From the NCBI GenBank assembly GCA_001949185.1, contig BDGG01000001.1:4701624-4765623 (forward strand): DNA of 64,000 nucleotides. The letters run 5' to 3'. This stretch comes from Ramazzottius varieornatus (lineage: Eukaryota > Animalia > Tardigrada). The notes beneath the pieces were generated by a model. It ran no database searches and was not told where the DNA came from. It saw nothing but the letters and a program-made list of their open reading frames with translations. The position numbers and the translations under genes were made by a program. Positions 1-10,900 of this stretch are shown here, one piece after another. The first letter of the stretch is position 1. The number at the start of each line of letters is the position of its first letter.

Positions 1-22
1 TGCAAATTACTCTCCGTTGCAG

Positions 23-3000
23 GTCCGTGGGCAACAACATGGTTCCGAGGTTTCCGAAGCTGCAAGAATGCGCGCACTTCCATTACGAACGAGTGGAACT
101 AACAGGCATACACGTATGTTGACGAAGAAAAACAACAGAGAAATTTGTGCCGAAGATGTTCATAAATATAGGACCGATACTCGGTAACGTAATGATGGCA
201 TGTTGTGACATGATAGAGTGAGCTAGGTTTATTTTGCAGTTACTAAAATTGATGATGGCGCTTTCTGCCGATTTTTCGCACAGACGAAACAGTGGCTCGT
301 TAGAGATGGTAGATGTTGAGGTGCCTTAGGCGAGATATGAAAGGTTTTGTGATTAGAATTGTAATGAGGACGTTGTGCTTTATCAGCGTTAGCTCTTGAC
401 ATGACACTCTGTAGCAGCTACTGTGGGTGGAATGAAGCGAGAACAAATTCACGCTGATTGTTTCTTCAGAGAGACTTCGAACGCGACTCTCATTGTCTAA
501 GCTCTCGATAGTCAGTGTGTCTTTTTGACTTCCTTAGGTGACGCTCTACGACGGAGTAGATCGCAGTGAAGTGGAGCCCAGCATTGCCTACCCACCGGAT
601 GCAGTGCTGGTGGAAGAACAGTACCAGAAGGCGAAGTATTATGGTGTGGATGATAACGGGGAAGATTGCTTTTTCACTCTTTCGGTAAAGAGTAATCACA
701 AGACTTGGCTGATTCGAAGAACTTTCGAAGAATTTTGCACGTTCGACCAGCAGCTGCACAAATGCATCTACGATCGCAGCTTTAGTCAGCTGATGGAATT
801 ATCCACTGCCGAAAACAACTCTGAGCAAATCGAGGTAAAGAAAAATTATTTTTGAATACATGATCCCGAATTTCATTGACGAATATGAGAATTTGAATTA
901 TTTTTGAAAATATTTCGAGTGTTCATATGTGTATGGGAATCGAGAAACCGCAAAGGTTCATCTCAGCTAGGAGAAACTTGCTTTACAACAAGCTGCGAGA
1001 GATTCACAGCCTGATGAACATCCGCCGGAATTAAAAGCGGTTTTTCTGGTTATGCTTTGCAGGTCCTCAAGGCTGAAGTGACTGTCTATTTGGCCCGATT
1101 CTCACAGCTAGCAGGCAATCTGATCAATTGCGCCCCTATCCTCAAATGGCTCGAAGTAAGCAGACTTTGTTTAAACTTTGTCGGACCGTTGTTTAGACAT
1201 TCCAACCAAGTGCAAATTCCTGTACAAGAGCTCCGATTGTACTCATCTCGTTTTTCACAGTTGGACAACCGTGGACACAGGCTCGTCGCTTTTGACGATG
1301 AATCGGCAATAAACACGCCGGCGATCGCTGCCGTCCACGTAAGAACCACTATTATCCATTTTATAGTTATCGCGGCGTTCTTTTGATTTTTTATTATATT
1401 TTGAGCGGTCAAAGAATGAACTGTACCATATCGCTTAAGCACCTGCATAGATCAGCACGCACATTTTCTGTGATGACTGGGTATGTGGGTGCTTGATGGT
1501 ATGGAAAATTCTCGCCGACCTTTCTTTTATGAGGTTTTCTTGCATTTATTTTTATCGCGGGTTTATTTTCTTTAGTGTGTGAAACGTTATATGCCACAAG
1601 CCGGCGACGAGCTGGCCTTAGAGGTTAGAGATGTTGATATCCTGAGTCTCCGTAGCAGCGATTGAGCACGATACGATAGAGTTTGATCCTTCGACTTTTG
1701 CGCGTGCGCTGCCTTGGGTCAAGATGTCGGCAGTTAAACGTCTTAATCGTAGGTTGGTGACATGATTTCGGTGATTGATATGCCTCCCCGTGACGAATCC
1801 GTCTGGTGGAGAGGCAAGAAAGAGCTGGATGTCGGCTTCTTTCCCAGCGATTGTGTCGAAGTTATTGCCGGCCATAACATCCCTTCTGCCAGTAACGGTG
1901 CTGGACAAAGTACTCGAAACCCTGGTGAGTCCTGTTTTGTTTATCGTTTCAAGTTTACAATAAACCTTTTGTCGAGAACTAGCGAGCTCTTCCTGAGCTG
2001 TACGATCTTTATAGAGTGCCAATAATCGATAAAAATAGCCGTAATAAGTTACAGTGATGATATAATCATCGTCATTCATGTTCCGAATATTGTTTACTGG
2101 TTACTGAATTTCAACAATACACTAGAGTGTTTTGGTTTCGCAGTGTTGAGAAGACGCGGGAAACTTACTGCATTCTTCCGGTCCTTTCTTTCGAATCGTC
2201 CTCCGCGACGACGACTGAAGGAGTCTGGAATACTCAAAGAGCGCGTCTACGGGTGTGACTTGGGCGAACACCTGTTGAACACAGGTCAGAAGGTTCCCGC
2301 CGTTCTCATTCACTGCAGTACGTTCATCGAAGACCACGGCATCGTGGACGGTGTTTACCGGTTGTCCGGCGTCTCGTCCAACATTCAGCGACTAAGACTG
2401 GAGTTCGACGCTGAGAAGATTCCCGACTTGACCGAAGAAGTGTACATGCAGGACATTCACTCGGTGTCCTCCGTGCTGAAGCTTTACTTCCGCGAACTTC
2501 CCATCCCCTTGTTGACCTACCAACTATACGATAAGTTCGTGTACGCGGTCAACACCAGCGAAGAAACGCGTCTTCTTCACATCCATGATGTTGTGAACCA
2601 ACTTCCGCCTCCGCATTTCCGGTAAGAAGTCTTTCAATATCGACAATATACAGCAACGTTTCATATGATTTCGTCCTACCGTACAACGAGCCGGGTAGAA
2701 TCATCCCCCGCCCTGCATAAGATTCCAATAGAACCAACTAGGTCGCTTGAAACCGGTTAATTTGTATACGCGCACCGTAAAAATTCGCTGCGTCCGCGCT
2801 GTCGGTCATCGTACACGTTAAGTACAGCCCCGGTCCGGGTTCACTGCTAGCACAATCCCATACGGGGTGCATCGTCGCCTACCGGTACATACTGCGCGGA
2901 CGCAACGAATTTTTACAGCTCTACTCGGAGCTGGTTTTGACATTGTTTTGATGTTTTGCACCCTGGTTTGCAGGACGTTGGAGTTTCTCATGAGACATTT

Positions 3001-6000
3001 GGCTCGCGTCGCTGCACTGGCCGATAAGACGGGGATGAACTCGAAGAATCTCGCCATCGTTTGGGCTCCGAATCTGCTTCGGTAAGTGCCCGACGGACTT
3101 TGAGTGGCAGTTCGTTTACTTCGTAGCGCATACAGTTTTTGTTGTGATTGAGAAAAACCTGAAAAAGCCTGGTTATTAGTCTGTTATTATCTTCGGCGTC
3201 TTTGTAGGTCTTCCGAAATGGAAAACAGCGTTGAGGCGTTAAAGGGCGTTGGCGTGTGCGCCATTGCGGTGGAATACTTGATCCGCTATGCCGACTTGAT
3301 TTTCAGCTCGCGACTGCATACTTCCTCTCTTCTCGCGCGAAATGGTACGTTGTACTAATGCCGTGTACCTGTCCGTTTCTCGCTCTTAGTTACAAGTTTA
3401 TGCTTGTACCTCGCCACTATAATGCTCGTGGTGCTAATGGAATTTACATAGGTAACACGCCAAAGTGCCTCAACCGGCCGAAGTCTTTAGCTGTCTCGAC
3501 ACCTACGAAGCTGCTGAATATGGAAGATGCGCGAGCTCTGGGTTTAGGACATACGTCCGCCTTTGATCAGAAATTCATCGAAGTCGGAGAAGGCCCCGGT
3601 AACCTCCCCAAATATCACACCGTCATCGACCTACCTAGCAGGTAACCAGTTGGGAGCTCAGCAAACAAACTGGACAGGATCCTTTCTTTAAAAGGCGCAC
3701 GTTCTCAGTGATATTGTCTGGAAGCGTGTGTCACTTCGGAAGATGATTTGGTCGAATTTGTTTGCCGAGCTCTGATTCTACGGTAGTTTGTCTCCATACT
3801 GTTCGACGATGGTCAAACTCGTAGTTTTGAAATTCTGCCTCATGGCCGGAAATCTGACTAGTGATGTTTGTGTAGGAACAGAAGGCGTAATGGTGGCAAA
3901 GGTTCGATTTCCGGTTCAGAGAAGTCTCCTTCCGGTTGGCGCAACCTCTTTGGACCAAAGCACCGCAAGCAAAACTGGCCTTCGCGATCTCCACTGGATC
4001 TCACCGTGAGAGTCTTGGGTGCTTCCACTCTTCCTAATTTGAGTACTCAAGACCCCCAGACGTTGGATAATTCTTCAGTGTCCTCTGGGACATCTCCGGG
4101 CTCCTTTAAGCGTCGAAAACTTCGATCGTCTGGCCGGGCTCACTCTGAGAACATGTGCTCCTTGCCATGTGTCTTTGAGAACCCGAAACTTAACCTGGCT
4201 TCTACTCCGAAAGGCCCTCCTGCCGTCCGACGAGTTCCGCTCGTGACTCTGAACCAAATTACGGGTAAGGAAGCTCAAATGAAACGTCCAGAATACAGAA
4301 CTTACAGCTTTCACCAACCTACATACACACGTCTCATTTAGGACATGCGGTTTACTGTATGCAAGATGATATGGAGCTGGAGATTCTCTGATGGGGGGCA
4401 TTAAAATCTGTTTGTGCTTACAGGTGAAGGAAGTGGCACTCCGAACAGATCGACAAGTCACGAGTCCTTCTTCGAAGGAGGAGGCATCTGTGACGGTTTC
4501 TCTAAGAAGCTCCTCCTAGAACAGAAGACGGTCGATGAAGTGGTGCGAACTGTTCCATGTAACCTGGTGGAAGGTGGTTGCCTGGTCAAGCTCAACTTCA
4601 TTGACCACGCTGACGAACCTTCCGCCAATCGATTCCAACCATCCTTCTCCATCCGGGAGTCAGTTATCGAAGAGCTTCCTGGCGCTGACGACCTCAATCA
4701 AAACCCCGTCAGAGAGCTGCCGGCCGAAATCCATCACGAACTAAAGTTCCAGAAAAACGCCGAGAGGCGCCTGCATCGAACACTCTCGCCAAAATTCCTA
4801 CGCCAGTACCGTGCCGGTGAACCAGAGGAACTTTCGCTGTCTAACGGTAAGAATATTCTCGTTTGATATTCAGCTATTGTTTTGCTCTTGGTCGGTGCTA
4901 GTATCAGTATTTGGACCTAGGCAAGCAAACGCGACAAGATCGTTTCCCCCAAGTGGCGCACTAAACAGCCAGTAATACGGAAATGTGCGCCGCTTGAGAA
5001 AAATAAAATCAGCGAGTGTGTTTACCGAGTGTGAGCCTCCATTTGAGTACTGTGATCAAATATGTATACTGTTTTATCTCTTTAGTGTTGGATTCGCCTG
5101 GGTCTTCGCGGTTGAAACGCTCTCTAAGCACGTCTCCTGTCCTGACTAGGCGTCAGCCAGATGCTGACTTTTCGATGACTTCCAGATCGAAGGAGGAGAA
5201 AGCGGAGAAGGACAAGTCGCGACGGAAGTCCCTTCGTCGCATGACTTTGGAGGAGACAGTCGACAGCACCCTTTCCAAAGAACCTTCGTTGGATGAGCCT
5301 GCTATACCGGTAGAGTACGACTTCCATGTCTCGCAGGATGAGTCCAGCCACCGCTTTGGTTGTTCGGAGATGGAAATGTTCGATGCAATTTGCGCTGAAA
5401 TTTACCAGGAAGCACCTGGACCAAACGACGACGCTCTGCACATTCCAGTCAATCCCAAAGAAGCTGAACATAACACTATCACTCTCCCTTCTTCCGCTGA
5501 CAGCCAGCCAGACCTAGTGACCGATGAAAAACCCGCACAATATACATTCAGTCTCGAGCAGCTCCATGACATTTCACAGTTGGGAGAAGTCCAGAGTGTC
5601 CAGTTGAACAGACAAAGTACGTCCTCGGGTGAAGTCTCTCCTAGTCTGACACAGCTCTTTGCGACCCCAAGAACTTCCGAAATATTCCCAGAGGTCCCGG
5701 GTCCGCTTAATCACAATTCCACTGACTATCTTCCGCCACACAGTCAACATACTTTTGGGTTGGTTAGTATGCCGGTCGATGAACCAAGTAAAGACAGTCC
5801 GCCTGTAGCTGAGGAAGTTCCCACGTCAGCTGTGTACTTTTACGGGCTGACGTCTCCAGGGGAAGAAAGCGCGACGGAGGATGAAAAGAGCGAAGAAGTG
5901 CACAGTTTGAACGACGACGACGACGTGATGGTCCGAAGTGTCGACCTGAAGGCTCTTCGCGATACCTTCTTCGGTCTACCGTCAAGCCATGATCTACCGT

Positions 6001-7100
6001 CTCAAGAGGAGAGTGAAGAGCCATCTGTCGGCTTGCCTTCGGGTATTCCGCTCGACGGAGCTCTCAGAGTGCAAGCGGAAGTCTTTAGCCCGATGAGCGA
6101 TACGACATCATACTCTGCTGCCACCAAGACGTTCGACATGATCGATCTTCACAGTGAGACAGCGTGGAAAGACAACGCCGAGACAGTGAAAGCAATTACC
6201 GTTGATGAGATCGATGCATCAAGTAGCAGCAACATGTCACACTTGACCGCTAACAATAACGACAAGAAGGAAAGCGCTGTCGATGCCGTTGAGTACTTGC
6301 TGCTTCTACGGAAAGCCACACTGTCACCATACGAAAGCAGCCAAAACACACAACCACCTCCGGTCCTTCCTTCACCAGCTAGTCAGATTCATGATGAAGA
6401 GAACCATGATCGTGTCTCGCTGTGCTCGACTACCGACGACGAAAAGATTAGTGTCAGATCACTGCGCTGTAAGTTCGAAAGCGGAAAGAGACGACCGCTG
6501 GCTAGTTCTGAACCAGCCAGTGCGGTTGATTGCCCGATGGGACGACCGGCCACTTCCGGTACCAGTTGTGAACCAAAAAGTGCCATTGATTGCTTGAGTG
6601 AACGGTCGGCTGATTCTGATGGAAGAAAGCATTCGCAGACTCATTTGGCTCCCCGAGAAAGCCTCAAACAGAAACTGTCCACGTTGAGTAACATGTATCG
6701 AGAGTCCTCTAGTCCTTTTGCAGAACCTAGGGTCGAGGAAGATGGGAGAAAGAACTGTGGCGGCAGATCGGACTTGCCAGTGAAGTTGAAGCCGCCACCG
6801 AGTTCCTTCTCAACTGTCCAGTCTGTCAAGACCTTCCCTCTTACCCGACCTTCTGTCTTGCCTACGATCGTGACCAAAATTGAAGGTGGAAAGTCTGAGG
6901 ATATGGAGAAGGAAGGTGTAGCAAGCAAGCCGTCGGTGAAGGTACGAGAAATGCGAAGAATGTACGAAAATGCTCAAGCAGCGAATGAGCACGAGCAGCG
7001 AAGCGGTAGTGATGGCTCGGACTCGCCGCCGTCACACCCTCAACGAAGTGGAAAAGTAACGCGACTAAAAACCTGCCAACAACTTTTGTCGTCGCTGTAA
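23..7100 (+). CDS. ARHGAP32/33 (RICS/TCGAP, Drosophila CdGAPr)-like Rho GTPase-activating protein: PX - SH3 - RhoGAP - long disordered tail; about 13 exons, 5' end possibly outside the window
   Basis: Exon 23-113 RFPKLQECAHFHYE; PX exon 538-834 (WLIRRTFEEFCTFDQQLHKCIYDR); SH3 split over small exons (AAVH|CVKRYMPQAGDELALE|VGDMISVIDMPP..WWRGK..VGFFPSDCVE); GAP exon 2144-2621 (GIVDGVYRLSG, LKLYFRELP) and 2973-3081 (KTGMNSKNLAIVWAPNLLR); terminal exon 5085-7100; GT-AG junctions keep frame. Confidence 0.9.
1441..1490. repeat. Bipartite inverted motif copy 1: ACCTGCATAG-N30-GTATGTGGGT (RhoGAP intron 1339-1575)
   Basis: Arms 1441-1450 and 1481-1490; spacer counted as 30 bp. Confidence 0.8.
2773..2920. 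mobile_element. ~150-bp MITE-like element in RhoGAP intron, CACCGTAAAAA-type end (CMC/EnSpm-like)
   Basis: ~27-bp inverted repeat: gtaaaaattcgctgcgtccgcgctgt ... actgcgcggacgcaacgaatttttac; no clear TSD. Confidence 0.6.
4317..4366. repeat. Bipartite inverted motif copy 2: ACCTACATAC-N30-GTATGCAAGA (RhoGAP intron ~4265-4423)
   Basis: Arms 4317-4326 and 4357-4366; spacer 30 bp; most degenerate copy. Confidence 0.7.
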
Positions 7101-7169
7101 GCTTCAACACAATCTGTTTTTCCTTTCTTGTCGGTTTTGTTTACTCTTCATGTACAAGCGGAAGCGGTT

Positions 7170-7193
7170 TCTCTCTCTCTCTCTCTCTCTCTC
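7170..7193. repeat. (CT)n microsatellite just downstream of the RhoGAP stop codon
   Basis: About 12 TC/CT units. Confidence 0.95.
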
Positions 7194-7940
7194 GTGAAAA
7201 GTATGTTCTTCGGTCCCTGGTATCGGTGATTTTTGATTTGTTATCGCGTTGTACAGTTCGTTTTTCTCTCCGAATGAGTTAGCAAGATGGATGATTAAGT
7301 GTCATAAAACTAACCTGTGTAAGTTTTATTACAACCGTACCCAGTAATCTTATCGCGAAACGGAAAGCCACGTCCGCAGTCGTTACGTTCCCGGCCAGAT
7401 CAATAAGCTTCATTTGCTCTCGACAGTGAGATGGCTTCAACGAACTGACCACCGGTCATCCTCATTCAATTTCTTGACTAACGTGACACAGAAATCAGAT
7501 AATATCGATTTTTGACTGCATGTGTAAAATGGCTGACCAGTGACCGCTTGACCAGTTCGCGAAACACAATGGCCAGTGCGGTGTACGCTTGTTTGTACCT
7601 GTACGAGTGACGTACGAGCGTAACTCTCGGCTGTATAACCGCAACGACCAAAACCGGTTTGCTGTCGTCACATCCACCGTGTTAATTTCCCAGTTGCTTA
7701 CCAGATTAACGGCAGTAAGTTGGATACGATCTTACTTTCAGGCGTGATTTGATTGTCAAGAGATGTCCTGCAGGTTTTTAGCCACATGCGCATGCGCTGA
7801 GATCTTGTTCATCAGCTTCAGTCTATCAATGTTTACCTGGTCGATGGATTGACCTGATGGATAATTATTGTTACGATGTGCGTATAAACACTCTTCCGTT
7901 TTTTCTTCCAGGTTGACTTGGAGCGAGGAAAGCAGCACGA

Positions 7941-10900
7941 ATGGTAGCCCTGGAGGCTGCACAGATCACCAGGTCATCGGTGGACAACATGGAAGTGGCT
8001 CCCAACAACGAGGCTACATCTGCTGCGCACACCAACCATCGCAATCGTCTAGCAGCCTTGAAATCTTCCTTCGAGAGTGCAGCAAACTCCAGCGTATCTG
8101 CAGGAGGAGACAAAGTGGCTACTGGAATAATACGACGGCCCACGCGTGAAGCAGTACCGAGGATTGCTAGTTTGTTCCAGACGAACGTGACAGGTGGTCA
8201 TACTCCAGCTAGCAATAGCTTTTCTCCTGATCTCTACCAAGAACTCTCATCCACCTCAAAGCAACATCTTCCGACGGAGGAAAGTGCATCTTATTCTGAG
8301 AAGGAAAATGTTCCAGTTGAACGACAAAGCTTTCCTGCAAGCGGTGATGCCAGCCGGACGCGTTTGATTGTGGACAGCGATAGAAGACGATCTTTCCCCG
8401 TCACCAGCAACACGCCGTCCTGCGATTCTTCAAATCTTACGCCAAGGAATACCAGTGCAACCGTGGATGATCATGTAGCACGCTTCCAGAATGCCAAAGA
8501 GTTCTTCTTGAAGAAAGAGGAGAGCAGTCGAAATCAAAGCACAGGAGGTACGTTTATTCATTCACAGCAGCGCATGATGTCATTCGCGTGTACAGAATAT
8601 CATGTGTTTATGTAGTCAGTACCGTACTAGCTTATGACGTGTTGCGCGGGTATTTCGCGCTTGCATGGATTTCGGTTTTGATCAGCTTGTTTCGGTAGTC
8701 AACTAATCAACGGTACAGTATTGAGCTGCAGCGTTGATATGGAGTGGGTAGTGAACCGTTCTGATGAACTCTGACGAATATTGATGTCCGTACTTTGCCT
8801 GCACATCGCGACGCATCTCGTTCTGCCTCAATAGACCTCAATATATTCACGTTTTGAGAGCTGGAGATTCGAACTAAGTGATCTTGTTGCTGTTGCAACG
8901 GCTTGTGAGCGGTAACAAAAACATTTATTGTAATGGGTCGATCCATAATTAAGTGGTGCTCATAAGCGACCACGACAGGTTGACACATTTAAGACCGTAA
9001 TTGAATATAGCATTGGACACCTCACGCTGCTCCGTGCTTTCTAGGTCTCTTTCGATCTCTGTTGCTCCACTTTCTTATTCAGTGCGTGAGTTATGTTTTC
9101 ATTGCAGGCAATATCACATCTAGCCGAGCGGCTCGAGCGACCCACGCCACCAGTCCGTCACCCCGCTTCAACAAACCCGGCAGCCCTGACATTCCGTACC
9201 GCAATGGCTCACCTTCTCACCTCGGCGCTGGATCAAGGGTCTCTGACGGAAGTTCGCGATCACGAAGTGCCAGTAGCTGGATCAACCGGGATGCCTCTCG
9301 TCAACGATCCAGCAGCGAGTCCCGAATACCGTCCACCAGACCGGACTTGATTCCCAGCCTTGAACCTAGTCCCGACAAGAAAGGTTCGTTCTTTCCTTTA
9401 TCAGCCGTCGCTTTGGCCTCAAATCAACCGTTAACGTTCTTTCTGTCGGTAGATGATTCCTCTTCGGTGGACTGTTCCGAAAGTGACCAAATCTTCCAGC
9501 TCAATCAGGGTTCTCCATCTCGGTCAGAGAACCAAGTTTCCGAAAACATTTCTCAAGTGGATTCTCCGCGCATTCTTTCTCCTGTTAAGACTTTAGCGAA
9601 CAGCTTTTCCTCTTTAAACGAATCAAACAGGGTCTCAGACATTTCGAGAAACTCTTTTCTCGCACAAAACGAGTCCGAAGAACGAAAAGACTTCCTAGTG
9701 GACGACGCAGTTTCCTCGTCAAGGTTCTCGTCATCCACTTTCACTCCTAATGAACCCGTCCAGAGAGAACGTCCTTGGAGTTCGCAGGAACGACCTCACA
9801 GTGCCCAAGAAAGCGATGGGTCGAGTCCGACACCCTCTACCAACCTTCTATCTGGGTTGACGAAGCCGCCTCGTGTTTCCGAGCCTGTAATTGAACCGGA
9901 CGATCTGGAACTGATGACAGAAGAAGAGCAAAAAATATTCCTGCGTGGAACCGATTCCTTTGAAGACAAAGGTAACGAAAGCGGTGAACTTGGCGAACAA
10001 CTCAACATCGTAGACGAGGTAACCGGAAACTTACACGCATTTTGCATATCTGAAACGATTTTTCCCCAATGAATTTCAGTAGTTTTTCCCTTTTTGAATA
10101 GAAGTTACTGTTGGAAGGAGGACTCAACGGGGAAACCTACGTAGACGATGCCGGTGACTCGTCTGCCACGGAAGAAGTGGAGGACGATGAAGAGCCCGCA
10201 CACACGGCAAGTGTTGACATCCGCCGAGATCGCGGTCGTCGTCGTAACACTGACTTTTTCGGAGCAGACGCCGTAGCTGCGCTCATGAAGGACGAACCAG
10301 CCTCGACCATCTTTGATCAGTATCCGCTGACGATGCTTCATGATGGCCACTACTACGTCGAAATGCCCATGCCACAACGGGACCATCATGACAAAGAGGT
10401 TTGTGTCTTTCTCATCGAAACCTTGTCGGAATCAATTATAGTAACTCGATTTGTTGACTGCCCGCCGTAATTTAAAGCTTCGGTTTCTGGTGATTTTGGT
10501 GGTCAGTCAATCAAATTTACCTGCATACACAAAGATGCGCGATCGCCGTTGTGGCAGAGTATGCAGGTGCAAGGACAGTTGACTCATGTACCTGCATAAA
10601 TGAAGACGCAAGTGACGGGCGGTTGGCAAGTATGCAGGTTTATGAAAAACGGAATGAAAATTTTGTCGCTTTTACATTCTTTGGTATTTTGTGTATGTTT
10701 TATCTGTCTGATTGCTTGCTTTTGCAGGACCATTATCCGGCCGATCTTCCACCGAGGAGTTTCAAGCTTCGATTCAACCTGGAGACAGTACGAGTCTTCA
10801 GCACGCACTCCATGTACGAGTACGATCGTACCAACAGCGAAGTGGACCCAGTGGCTTCGTCAGCAGAGTACGAACTGGAGAAACGTATTGAGAAGATGGA

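Noticed and set aside
10519-10639. CRISPR-like reading of the repeat/30-bp-spacer pattern
   Set aside because: The repeats are 10-bp inverted arms rather than 23-47-bp direct repeats, there are at most two units per locus, the context is eukaryotic introns, and no cas genes are present.
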